Part shown: piece after piece, positions 11,207 to 23,239 of the stretch
Numbering within the stretch: position 1 is the stretch's first letter
Layout of the letters: the number at the start of each line of letters is the position of its first letter
NCBI RefSeq assembly: GCF_006345805.1
Contig: NC_043000.1
Coordinates: forward strand, 96,410,001-96,474,000
Length of the DNA: 64,000 nucleotides
Origin: Octopus sinensis
Taxonomy: Eukaryota
Direction of reading: 5' to 3'
Position numbers and translations under genes: made by a program
Notes under the pieces: model-generated
Seen by the model: only the letters and a program-made list of their open reading frames with translations
What the model was told of the DNA's origin: nothing
Database searches by the model: none

Positions 11207-11400
11207 CATATATATGACAGGCTTCTTTCAGTTACCGTCCACCAAATCCACTCACAAGGCATTGGTCGGCCTGGGGCTATAGCAGAAGACACTTGCCCAG
11301 ATGCCACACAGTGGGACTGAACCCGGAACCATGTGGTTGGTTAGCAAGCTACTTACCACACAGCCACTCCTGCATATATATATATATATATATATAATAT

Positions 11401-11444
<44 letters not shown>

Positions 11445-12410
11445 TATACATATATATTATAATACACACACACACACACACACACACACAATATAAATGT
11501 CACATTCTCTACTATATATATATATTTAATAATGAACCATGTAATTCACACTCTGGAAAATGTATTTCTGTAAAATGTTGGGAGTGGGTAAAATTTCTAA
11601 GCCTTCCACCTCATCCCACCCCATTTTTCGGACCCTAGAAAGAGTTTTGTAGCATATTAGAAAGTCACAGGAATTCATTCACTGAAAAAAAAATTCCAAT
11701 GATTTCAGGATAGGGGTCCGCCCTCGCCCTACATCCTCTTTTTTCTGAACAAACATAAGGGATTTGCAGCATATTAGGAGGTCAAGCTACTTGATTCCAG
11801 CAAAAAAGAAAAATCCGATTTTTTTTTTAGTGAAAATCGTGCGGGTGAAAAGATTGGGGGTGAAATTTCCGAGGTCTCCACCTCACCCCACCCCATTTTT
11901 CAGATCCCAAAAAAGGTTGTGTAGCATATCAGGAGGTCAAAGGAATTCATTCAATGAAAAAAAAAAATTTCCAATGATTCCGGGATAGGGGTGCCCCTTT
12001 GCCCTATGTAGCCCTTTTTCCGAACGAAAAAAAGGGATTTGCAGCATATTAGGAGGTTAGGGTACTTGATTCCACGCAAAAAATCCGAGTTTTTTTTCTT
12101 AGTGAAAATCATGCAGGTGTTAATCTAAAAATTTATCCTTTGTTTTTCTTTATTGCCTTTGCTAGACAGGGGACTTAACTCATGTTAGCAAACTTACAGA
12201 TTTCACTGATGTGGAAATTAGTAAAAGTTATGGCTGAAAATCGATTTTTACCACTATCCACGGGTGCCTGAGGAAAAATAAGTTGACAAAAACACAGCCT
12301 TGGTTGTGAACAATGTCCTCCTAAAATTGGAACAACATGTGTGCTCATTTGTGGACATGCATATACTATTTTCACGTACACACACACATCCTACCTTTTA
12401 TAGATATAGA
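10011..12410 (-). mobile_element. Non-autonomous Helitron-like element (possibly composite) with nested SINE
   Basis: Minus 5' end A|TCTATATCTATAAAAGG at 12410; minus 3' end hairpin CCGGGCAATGCCGGG then CTAG ending at 10011; imperfect internal ~270-bp duplication at ~11580-12120. Confidence 0.6.
10980..11373 (-). mobile_element. tRNA-derived SINE, family B, near full length
   Basis: Head GCAGGAGTGGCTGTGTGGTAAGTAGCTTGC...GGTTCAGTCCCACTG; tail TGACTGAAACAAGTAAAAGAGTAAAAGAG; close to copies at 42815, 44641, 50610. Confidence 0.9.
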
Positions 12411-12429
12411 TATCATATATATATATATA

Positions 12430-12513
<84 letters not shown>

Positions 12514-12537
12514 AGAGGGAGAGAGAAGAGAGAGAGA

Positions 12538-12584
<47 letters not shown>

Positions 12585-12874
12585 AAAAATATAGGTAGTT
12601 AGCTTGCTAGCTAGCTAGATAGATGGATAGATAGACAGACAGACAGACGGAGAGATAGATTGATTGATAAGCTGATAGATAGATAAACAACAGGCTTTTG
12701 AACTGTCTCCATCTACCAGATTCTACCCACAAGGCATTACTCAACTCAGATCTATGGTAGAAATGACTTGCTCAAGGCGAGGCTTAGCGGGACCAAAACT
12801 ACAACAGCTTTATTATAAGGCAAACTATCTAATCACTAAGCCAGGCAACAGCACTCAGGGTTGTTGGCAAATAT

Positions 12875-13099
12875 GTTTCTTTATTGCCCACAAGGGGCTA
12901 AACATAGAGGGGACAAACAAAGACATACAAAGGGAATAAGTCGATTACATCGACACCAGTGCGTAACTGGTACTCATTTAATTGACCCCAAAAGGATGAA
13001 AGGCAAAGTGGACCTTGGCAGAATTTGAACTCAGAATGTAGCGGCAGACGAAATACTGCTAAGCATTTCGCTCGGCGCGCTGATGTTTCTGCCAGCTTG
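12875..13099 (-). mobile_element. tRNA-derived SINE, family A (Nin-domain-like core)
   Basis: Minus strand ...GCTGGCAGAAAC...TTCTGAGTTCAAATTCTGCC...GCCTTTCATCCTTTTGGGGTCAATTAAATGAGTACCAG; other copies at ~18270-18482, ~27700-27930, ~28565-28770, ~29220-29410, ~29930-30580, ~38867-39085, ~46078-46285. Confidence 0.85.
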
Positions 13100-13359
13100 G
13101 CAAATAGATTCTTCAACCCTCCTTTCATGTTTGCTATTTAGGGGAAGACAAATAAAATGATGTTGGAATTGAACTAATAAATATGCAGGGATTATAGAAA
13201 AAAATATTAATGGAATAAAGGCATTTTGTTTTTGTCTCAAAGAAAAAACTTCTGGTAGCAATTAACATTTGAAATACTATGTCTGCAGAAAAAAGTGTAG
13301 GGTTGAGGAAGGAAAGGTGCTTATGGGGTGGGGAACAAAACTGACTATAATCACATTGA

Positions 13360-13710
13360 AGGAAACAATGATGATGGTGGTAATGGTGGTGAAGTTAGTG
13401 ATGGTGGTGATGTTAGTGATAGTGGTGATGGTACAGAAAGAAGTGGTGGTTGTAGTGGGGGTGATTATAATACTGGTGGTGGTGGTACTAGTGGGTATAC
13501 TGGTGGTGCTGTTGTTGTTGATGCTGCTGCTGCTGATGATGATAAGGGTAGTGGCAGCAGTGGCGGTGATGGTGGATGGTGGATGGTGGTGGATGGTGGC
13601 AGTAGTAGTGATGATGATGACAAAGCTGGTCAGTGGTAATCATAGTGGAGGCAGTGGTGGTGGTGATGAGATGATGATGATGATAATGATGATGATGATG
13701 ACTATAATGC
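13360..13710. repeat. Degenerate (GGT/GAT)n low-complexity tract
   Basis: Runs of ggt/gat/ggtgat triplets; a second tract at ~13990-14390. Confidence 0.9.
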
Positions 13711-13758
13711 TGAAGATTTAAATACTGAATTTAGTTGTACATCAGCCCTGGTACCTAC

Positions 13759-13862
13759 CCAACCACTGTAGACTTGAAGGATTGATTGTCTTGTTGCTGT
13801 TGAGAAGTTATAGTCTTCAGAACTGTGATGTACTTGGTGAGCAGACCATAGGATACTAGTCT
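13759..13862 (-). CDS. AGMO: Alkylglycerol monooxygenase, exon 4 (104 nt)
   Basis: ttttatttttccag|AG ACT AGT...GGT TGG|gtaggt; (E)TSILWSAHQVHHSSEDYNFSTATRQSILQVYSGW with HxxHH box and SSEDYN motif; phase 1 matches exon 3. Confidence 0.95.
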
Positions 13863-14599
13863 CTGGAAAAATAAAAGACAAACAAGGGGGTTAGGAAACA
13901 ACGAAAGAATGATTACAACAAATTAGGGTCACCATATAGTATTAAAATTGAGCTGTCAAAGCCGTGTCTGTATGGAAAAGTGGACATAAATATGATGATG
14001 ATGATGACGACGACGACAGTGGTGGTGGTGGTGGAGAGGTTGATGATAATGATCATGATAATAACAACGAAGATGATGATGCTGATGATGGTGATGTGGT
14101 GGTGGTGGTGGTTGGGGTGGTTATGGTGGTTGTGGTAGTAGTGGTGATGGTGCAACAGCTGGTGTTTGTGGTAGTGGTGGTGGTAGTGGTAGAAGTGTTT
14201 GTGATGGTGGTAGTTGTGTTTGTAGTTATGATGATGATAATGATGGTGATGATGATAATAACAACGGTGAATTTAATGAAGATGATGATGATAACAATAT
14301 ATGATGATGATGATGGTGGTGGTGGTGGTGGTGGTGATGTTGATGTGATGATGATGATGGCATCTGGTTGGTGATGATGGTGGTGATGGAGCTTGTGTGG
14401 ATCAGACAGAATTCATTGCGAAAGATTTTCTATGATTAAATGCCCTTCGTTTTCCCAATTCTCACCTATTTCCAAGCAACGTAATGCTTTCTCCAAGCTA
14501 GGTGGTTTTTTTTACAGAGGATTGGGAAACAAAGGACATTACTTCAATGATGGTGATCTTCCTTTATAACAACCGTACAAAGTCAAGACAAGGATGGTG

Positions 14600-14975
14600 A
14601 TGATGATTGTATACAATACCCACCTTCTTTCCAACAACAACTTAGACACCCTTTTGAGCTCCATATATCTAACATTCATATAAAATCAAAAAACAACGCA
14701 GCACCTATGACTTTTGGAAACATTTTTTCATGCTCAGAACTGCTGAAGCATAGAATAAACTGCCTGCATCAGTTGTCAGCTGTTGAGACATGACATCCTT
14801 CAAAACCTCCATGCTTTTTGAAATTCACCAACAGTACACATGATGTTTCCTAAATTCTTTTTCAAATGATTCATTCACTGTTCCCGTCCTGTGCATTGTT
14901 CTACATGGTGTTCATGCACTTTTCACTACTTTTTCTGATGAGTTGTAATGCATCTGAGCATTGTATACAATAAGC
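14600..14975 (+). mobile_element. CR1-like LINE 3' remnant
   Basis: Reads WKHFFMLRTAEA*NKLPASVVSC, like the CR1 ORF2 C-terminus; its tail (GCA(C/T)CTGAGCA(C/T)TGTATACAATAA) recurs inverted at ~2560-2600, ~5295-5340, ~18140-18180. Confidence 0.6.
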
Positions 14976-15897
14976 TCATCATCATCATCATTTAATATCT
15001 GCTTTCCATGCTAGCATGGGTTGGATGGCTTGACAGCAGCTGACCAGCTAGAGTGCTATTCAGGCTCCCTGTCTCTTTTGGCATGGTTTCTATGGCTGGA
15101 TGCCCTTCCTAATGCTAACCACTTTACAGAGTGTACTGGATGCTTTTATGCAACACCAGTATGGGTTCTTTTTATCTGGTACCAGCACCTATGAGCCCGC
15201 AAGATTAGGGGTGCTCAGATGGAGAAGGTTGCAGGGGATGAGCCTGTATGCAAGGACAACCATGCTGCTTTCACATAGCTTGATGTGTCTTTTCAAGCAC
15301 AGCTAACCACCAGGACTTTTGGTTTCCTGTCAACCGCTCTGTGAGTCCCAACATTTGTAGATCCTTTCTCACCACTTCATCATATGTATATATATATATA
15401 TATATATGTTCATGTTCATATCTGCATTGCTTTTGGTGACTTGAGGATGCACATGAGGAGTCACTGAGTGACATGAATGAATTGTAAACATTGGTGAATG
15501 GTAGTGATAGCAGTGTGAGTGTGTTGCTGATAATCTATTTGGTTGGATTTATTTTTCTTTCTTCTCATATGTTATCTTTGATAGGAGAGTCCATCATATT
15601 AGTATACATGCATACATCATGCACACACACACACACACACACACAACACACACACACACATACTTATATAAAGTATCTGATAGACAAATCAATAATGGTG
15701 TAGCTTCATATTTGTTAAATCTGTTAGAAATAGCAACCAAATCTCCCTCTTTAAAAGAGCAGGACACATTTGGTAATATGGGCCTGTGTTCACAGTCTGA
15801 AAAAACATTCATGAAATGATCCCTTTAAAAAAGCAGAGTGCTGAGTCAGGCATGTTGGTATCAAAAGCATTAAAAATCTGAAAGCATCATACTTTAC

Positions 15898-16049
15898 CAT
15901 GTGCAAGTCGATGGAACCAGTAGTAGGAAAAGTCAACGACTAAAAGAGTAAGTATCCAAGTATATGGTGAGTTCCATTCCAGTTTTACAATGTGGTAATT
16001 ATTGTATATCCACTGGTACATATTCAGGAATCCTGACCTCAAAAAGATC
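15898..16049 (-). CDS. AGMO: Alkylglycerol monooxygenase, exon 3 (152 nt)
   Basis: aattacag|G ATC TTT...GCA CAT G|gtaaag; IFLRSGFLNMYQWIYNNYHIVKLEWNSPYTWILTLLVVDFSYYWFHRLAH with the first HxxxH box; phase 2 matches exon 2. Confidence 0.95.
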
Positions 16050-16606
16050 CTGTAATTAATGATAATAAAAAAAAACTTGAACATTGTTATGAAACTATAA
16101 TATTAAGTAAATGAATTAAAATCTTATTGTCTTTTTCCCTATTTGAAATCAATTTGCCAATTATACTTCATTATGGTTAAAGGATTGTCATGTCATATAC
16201 ATAATTGTCCATTCTTATGATTGTTATTTTACATATGTTTTTCTATTCATTATAAGTTTGCTTCCCAGCCACATGGTTCAGAGTTTAGGTTCAATCCCAC
16301 TGTGTGGCACCTTAGGTGAATATCTTCAGCTATGGCCTTGGGCTGATTATGAGTGGATTTGGAAGACATAAGCTGAATGAAGTCCTTTGTATATATATAT
16401 ATATGTCATCATCATCATCATTTAACGTCTGTTGTCCATGCTGGCATGGGTTGGATAGTTTGACCAGGGCTGGCACACTAGAAGGCTGCACCAGTTAAAT
16501 ACATGCCCAACCATAGAGTGACTAATGGTTTTGCATCCATAATCCTTAAAGTGCTTAGCTTTATAGACAGACTTCTTTTTTGGATATATGATCCACTGAT
16601 GATATA

Positions 16607-16659
<53 letters not shown>

Positions 16660-16667
16660 TATATATA

Positions 16668-17382
16668 AAGTATTAATTTATAAAAATATGGTAAAGTAAA
16701 AGAATTCACTTTACCACACACCGAACTTTTCAGAAATAGCAGCCAAAAATTTGGCTATTTCTTCAACTGCAAATAAAAGTCTCCAGACAATGCATACTCA
16801 GAAAAATAACTCACATAGGTATAAGGGAAAAACAATGAAAGATCACATCCATATACGATACCCGAGGACAGTCTGTTTCTGGATTTGTGGGTAAAACGCC
16901 ACTTTTCCTTCATCAGCTCAGAGATTTCTTCTGATTTAGATTTGAAAATACTAAGAATCAAACATACCCGTCCGATATCTGTAACATCGGACAAACCATG
17001 CCAGACACCCAGTACTAGCGAATCCAAAAATACAAATGAGATCTATTATTCTCCCTGTCCGCCCCGTGAGTCATAGAGCATTCCATTTCTACAGAGGTAA
17101 AACTGCAGTTCAAATTCTTGAGAGAAAGCATTATATTGTTATCAAAAAGGGGGTCGAATTAATTAATTATTAATAAATTCGACCAAGCAGTATTCGGTAT
17201 GTAAAGACCATTTACGGTATATTTGAAGTATTAATTTATAAAAATATGGTAAGTAAAGAATTCACTTACCACACACCGAACTTTTCAGAAATAGCAGCCA
17301 AAAATTTGGCTATTCCTTCAACTGCAAATAAAAGTCTCCAGACAATGCATACTTTTTTTGATAACAATATAATGTTTTTTGA

Positions 17383-17386
<4 letters not shown>
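16668..17386. mobile_element. Second, diverged hammerhead-bearing ~555-bp repeat (1.2 tandem units plus short inverted tail) in a (TA)n tract
   Basis: CAGAAATAGC at 16731 and 17286 (period 555); 17354-17374 is the reverse complement of 17129-17148; shares AGAAATAGCAGC, AATTAATTATTAAT, GTATGTAAAG and GACCATTTA with the 8103-9961 element. Confidence 0.8.
16864..16919 (-). ncRNA. Type I hammerhead ribozyme motif (second family)
   Basis: Minus strand GAG-CUGAUGA-A-GGA-AAA-GUGG-CGUUUUAC-CCAC-AAA-UCC-A-GAAA-C-AGACU-G-UC-CUC; canonical cores, GUC triplet, stem I extendable to UCUGAG/CUCGGG. Confidence 0.8.
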
Positions 17387-17435
<49 letters not shown>

Positions 17436-17460
17436 CTTAAATTTATACATACAAGTGTTT

Positions 17461-17492
<32 letters not shown>

Positions 17493-17504
17493 TTATGAAT
17501 CCCC

Positions 17505-17705
17505 ACTTCCCACTACCCTTCTGGACTTATTATGTCACAAATTTGTTTGCACTACACAGTGGAGACATCTTTACTGAAAAAAAAAAAAAAGAAAAAAGAA
17601 AATTTATGAATTTTTCAACCCTCCTTAACCAGTAAAAATTTTGGCCAATTTGAAATTAAAAAAAAATAATTTGGATATTGGCAATCATCATTACAACTAT
17701 CCCCT
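17505..17705. repeat. Unclassified dispersed repeat (second copy ~19285-19495)
   Basis: TACCCTTCTGGAC...GTGGAGACATCTTT...GGATATTGGCAATCATCATTACAAC shared by both locations. Confidence 0.7.
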
Positions 17706-18647
17706 TAGTTGAATGCTAGCACTATGGATTCCTGTAATTCTGAAAGGATTACCATTCTAGCAAAACACTTAATGAGGGGCAAGAAATTTCTGCAATTTGT
17801 GAAAAAAAGTATTATGGAAACTCTTAACTAGTGGTATCTAGGCTAAAATTAATGAATTAGAAGACTGGAAAGAAAGGGAAGAAAAACATATCAATTAACA
17901 GATTACTCACTGAAGAGAGTGGATAGCAAAATCATTTATGAGCTTAAATAAAATAAGTTGCAGTATTGAGTAGTATGGAGTTACTTCCCTTTAAGTTCTG
18001 AGTTAAAATTCTGACGGGCAAAAACTGCTTTTCTGTTTTCTGGTGTTAATAAAGTAAACAGTAGCCAAGTATTGGGATTAATTGAATCAACTATACTTTC
18101 CTTGTTCCCCATATTTATGTTTCTTGCACATATAATAATAATGAACTTATTGTATACAGTGCTCAGGTGCATTACAACCTATTGGAAAAGGGTAAAAGAG
18201 GGGACAGAGAATGGTAATAAGTCAAGTAAAGAAAGACAGCAATGATAGTTAAAGGCACATACATAATCTTTTCTACTCTAGGCACAAAGCCCGAAATTTT
18301 TGGGTTGAGAACCAATCGAATAGATCGACCCCAGTATGCAACTGGTACTTAATTTATCCACCCTGAAAGGATGAAAGACAAAGTTGACCTTGGCAGAATT
18401 TGAACTCAGAACATAAAGACAGTTGAAATAACTACTAAGCATTTTGCCTGGTGTGCTAATGTTTCTGCCAGCTCACTGCCTTAAAGGTACATACATACTA
18501 CACAGCATAAGAAAGGAAAGCGAACAGTAAAAGAACTAGAAAATGGTGCATAAGCACATCAGAAGTAGTGTTGGTGAGTTTCAGGAAGCAAGCAATTTTT
18601 GAAGGAAGCATTATGGCAGAAATCAAGTTCTATGAGTGAAAACTTAC

Positions 18648-18775
18648 AATGGAATTCTTGATAATATTCCAGCACTGATTGAAGTGAGACCATCAGAAAT
18701 TCGTACTTTTCCATGACCAAAGAGCAAGCTAACAAATGCTTCCACCAGGACAAAGGTCATGAAAACTGGTGATGC
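18648..18775 (-). CDS. AGMO: Alkylglycerol monooxygenase, exon 2 (128 nt)
   Basis: ttatttcaacag|GCA TCA CCA...ATT CCA TT|gtaagt; ASPVFMTFVLVEAFVSLLFGHGKVRISDGLTSISAGILSRIP(L), matching the AGMO LTSISAG segment. Confidence 0.93.
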
Positions 18776-20514
18776 CTGTTGAAATAATTTATAGACAAAA
18801 ATTATTATGAACAATTAAAGAAATCATAAAGAGAAATTCAAAACCTGAATATATATCATCATCATCATTTAAGATCTGCTCTCCATGCTAGCATGGATTA
18901 GACAGTTTGATTGGAGCTGATGGAGAGCTGCACCAGGTTCCAGTCTGATTTGGTATAGTTTCTACAACTGGATGCCCTTCTTAACACCAACTACTCCAGG
19001 AGTGTAATGGGTGCTTTTACACACACACACCACACACACATGCCCGCGTGCGCGTGCACTCACATGCCCGCGTGCGCGTGCACACACACACCTGCTGAGT
19101 ATCTCGTCATTGCTGGGTAATTTTCACAGCAGAATACCTTGGCAGACTTTTGGAATAGTACACCCTCATAAGTTGGGTTTTTTTTTCCGTTTTGATGGGG
19201 ATTTTTCATATTTTTTACCACCATACTTTTGAAATGATAGGGGAAAGCTTTTTATGAAAAAAAGTTTTGAAAATTTATGAATTCCCCCTCCCCATTACCC
19301 TTCTGGACCTATTTTGTCAAATTTTTGCTTGCACTACACACTTAAAAACAAGTGGAGACATCTTTGCTGACAAAAAAAAAAAAATGAAAATTTATGAATT
19401 TTTCAATCCTCCTCACTCAGTACCAATTTTGGCCAACTTTGAAATTAAAAAAAAAATTTCGGATATTGGCAATCATCATTACAACAATCCCCCTTTCATT
19501 TACTTTCCAATAGAAAATGAAATGTAATTTAAAAACAATAGTGAAATCCTTTTTAATATTTTCATTAACTCCACATCTGCCATAAATCCTAAAACTTTTG
19601 ATTAAAAAATTTTTTTTTAATCATAGTTTTAGAGTATGGACAATTTTTTTTTTTGTTGTTTGTTCCTTCTCGAGCCATGCCTGGCTCATAAGGGCTGGTT
19701 TCTCGGTTTCTTGGCGTTTAGGTTCCCCACCTGGATGGGACGCCAGTCCATCGCAGGTGAGCTGCAAGATGCAGGTGGAAAGAGTGAGAGAAAGTTGTGG
19801 CGAAAGAGTCAGCAGAAGTTTTGCCATTACCTTCTGCCGGAGGTGCGTGGAGCTTAGGTGTTTCGCTCATAAGCACAAACATTGCCCAGCGTGAGATTCA
19901 AACCCACGATCCCTCGACCATGAGTCCACTGCTCTAACCACTAGGCCATGTGCCTCCACATGGACAGTCCAAATATGAAATTTATTTCTGTTTATATTTT
20001 CAAAATAATGACATACATGTGAACGATTTAATGGAGGTTTAGCTGGTGTTTCTTGCATATCCCACGACCACCTGGTGTCTTCCTAGTTTCTTTGTAACTT
20101 GGACATGTATTGATGTTTTTCAATATTTTTCTCTCCACAAACACATTTATTTAGAAAAAAAGTGTGTTAAGCCAAGGAAAAAATATTTTCCAGATATTTA
20201 GCTGTTTTTATCTAGCATACAGAGTTTTCTGGTGAGAGCTTGATACTTTTTAATCTACTGTTTCAGGAGAAATCTACACATGTGCGAACATGTAGTGGTT
20301 TCAGGCTTCTAGTAGTAATCAGTCCAAGCTATACTTTTCCAATCTGTCATGTCCAAAGATGATTGTTAATTTACCTTTTCATACTTAAGGAAGGTTCTTC
20401 AGCATGATACCATTCAGTAACATGAACTGGCTGTTATGAAACCAAATTTATGATATTGTATGAATAATATACCCCCATATTACCTAATATATGATTTGTT
20501 TTTTCTGACTTATA

Positions 20515-21371
20515 CAAGGTGGTATCAAAAGGTTTCCATCCTAGTTATGTTTAATAAAAAATAACTTATTTACCTAAGTTTTAACATCATTTCCTTTGAA
20601 ATAGTCACCTTGCACAGAAATACACCGGTCCCAGCATTCCTGCCATTTTTTGAATCTGGCCTGGAAGTTGTTTCCTGTAAGTGAATCGAGGACCTTCTAC
20701 GATGCACTCTGGATCTTGACAACATTGTTAAAATGATGACTTCTGAGCTGCATTTTCATCTTGAAGAAGAAATGGAAGTCTACAGGTGCTAAATTTGGTG
20801 AACAGGGCAGGTACAGAAGCAATACCTTGTTGCTTTTGATGAGAAACACACAAGTGAGGAGCTTGGTGAAGAATTCTATTCTTCACACTCCACAGATCTG
20901 GTCACTTTCCTGAAATGTCCTCCCTCTAATGCTTCAAAACATTACAGTAGAACTCTTGAGTGATAGTCTGGCCCTGGAGGATGAATTCTCGATGCACAAT
21001 ACTGTGGATATCAAAAAAAAAATGACGTGTATGCTCTTGATTGAGTTGTAGCTCTGTTGTGCCTTTCCAAGCGCCCGTGGCACTCGAAGCATTGCGTACA
21101 ACCCATTGCCTCATTGCTGTAAGCTTGTTGAAGGATGCAGACTTCCCAAGTTTAATTCAAAATTTTACATTGGTTCTTTGTTCCTAATTCCTGTCCATGA
21201 TAAAAATCACAGGCTACAGCATGCATGGGATCACAAAAGCACAAATTCCACAACTTGCAAAGTAAACACACCTCCTGAAGGTCACTGTAGCTCTCATTGT
21301 GCACACAACCATATGCTGCCATCTGTTGACATGCTAGAGAACTAATCCAGGAACTTTTTGATACCACCTCG
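20515..21371 (-). mobile_element. Internally deleted mariner element
   Basis: TA|CAAGGTGGTATCAAAAGGTTTCC ... GGAACTTTTTGATACCACCTCG|TA; transposase remnant FFFDIHSIVHREFILQGQTITQEFYCNVLKH. Confidence 0.85.
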
Positions 21372-22525
21372 TATAAGTGTATACCTATAATTATATCTAT
21401 ATCGCTCCTCCACTCTGCTCCTGCAGTCCAACACTGCTTTGTCATCTCTCACTTCTGTCCTCCCTTTTGCCAATTGCTTCATTGTTATCCTGTGATTTTC
21501 TTATATATCTGTGTTAACCACTCACTGCATTCCCTTATCCTTCCCTCTTCACCCTTGCACTCTCATGAACTTCCTGCTCATTCACCCTGTCCAGTGCTCC
21601 ATAAACTCCACTTACATTCATCACCTCATACCTCAAGGGTATGCCCTGGCACATCAACATCATCTTATTTCTCTCTGTCTCTCTCTCTCTGTCTCTCCAT
21701 CATTCTCTCTTCATCTCTCTGTCTGTTTGTCTGTCTCTCTTCTACTGTATTAGCCATGTATCACCTTGACAGCAAGACATCTGTTTCTGTTCCTCAGTCA
21801 TGTACCACCTGGTACAATGCCACTACACTCAACACTACCCCTACTCTCTGTTGTGGGAAAGTGGTTCTGAGGGAGGTGGCTTTGTGCCTCAATTGAGGGT
21901 TATTTGCCTTGAAAATTAAGTTGGTAACCTCACTGGTGCAGGTGCCATGTAGAAGGCACTCAGTACACTCTGTAAAGTGGTTGGTATTAGGAAGGGCATC
22001 CAGCCAGTGAAACCATGCCAAAAACTAACAGTAGAATTCCATACAGTCTTCTGGCTTACCAGCTTCCTTCAAACGGTTCAACCCATACCAGTATGGAAAA
22101 TGGACGTTAAATAATGAAGATGATGATGATCTGTCTATCTATCTGTCTGTATGTCTGTTACATGTGTGTATGTGTGTGTATACGAATGACCCTAAAGATG
22201 ATACGAATGACCCTAAATGTGAAATGACAGCAACATATGACAAATAAATGCCTTTATGGAGACCTTCCAAAAGTTAGTGAGAAGATCAGGCAAAGGTGGC
22301 TGCGACTATCTGGTCACTGCATGCACCACCCAGTACTGGAGACATCCAAATCAGTCTTGTGGAACCCACTTCATGGTGATATTAGAAGAGTAAAATAGCA
22401 CACTTACATCAACAATTTGATTGCAGACATTGGCCTCCTGGGATGTATCCAGGACCTTGAGGTAGTGATAATGGACGGAAAAGTGTGGTGGGTGAAATTT
22501 TTTGTTGCTGCCTGGGTTTGAACCC

Positions 22526-22590
<65 letters not shown>

Positions 22591-23239
22591 TTGATACTGA
22601 GTACTCCCTTTTCTTCCTCTTGTTTACACTTACATAAACATACCCACAATAATTGTTGTTGTTGCTTTCTTTTTGTGTGTGTGTATGTATTTATATATCT
22701 ATGTAAGTATCATCATCATCATCATCATCATTTAACGTCTGTTTTCCATGCTGGCATGAGTTGAACGGTTTAACTGAAAACGTAACACTAGCATCAGCCA
22801 TGACTATGATCTCACTCGGCTTGACAGGTCCTCTGAAGCACAGTATACCACCAAAGGTTCTGGTCATTTGTCATTGTCTCCGTGAGGCCCAATAGTCAAA
22901 TGGTGTTTTTTACATGCCACCAGCATGGGTGCCAGTTACATGATACTGGATCAGCTAGGCCATGACTACAATTTCACTCAGTTCAACAGGTCTTCACAAG
23001 CATGGCATATCGCCCAACATTTGAAGAGTGCTTTTTATGAGCCAGTTATGCGACACTGGCATTGGCCATGACTACATTCTCACTTGGTTTGATGGGTCTT
23101 CTCAAACATTGCATATAGCCAATGGTCTCAATTACTTGTCATTACCTCTGTGTGGCCTAGTATTCAAAGATCATGCTTCACCACCTTATCCCATGTCTTC
23201 CTTGGTCTACCTCTTCCATAGGTTCCCTCCACCATTAGA

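Noticed and set aside
13269-13721. 150-aa hydrophobic and Gly/Asp-rich ORFs
   Set aside because: Products of GGT/GAT low-complexity DNA in an intron.
17905-17990. Candidate AGMO exon 2 (VTPYYSIL... ending at a gtgagt donor)
   Set aside because: Overlaps a decayed SINE, is too short and fits poorly; the real exon 2 is at 18648-18775.
22400-22590. Minus-strand exon candidate ending at a gtaagtg donor
   Set aside because: No AGMO similarity; more consistent with a plus-strand LINE 3' end with a (TAA)n tail.
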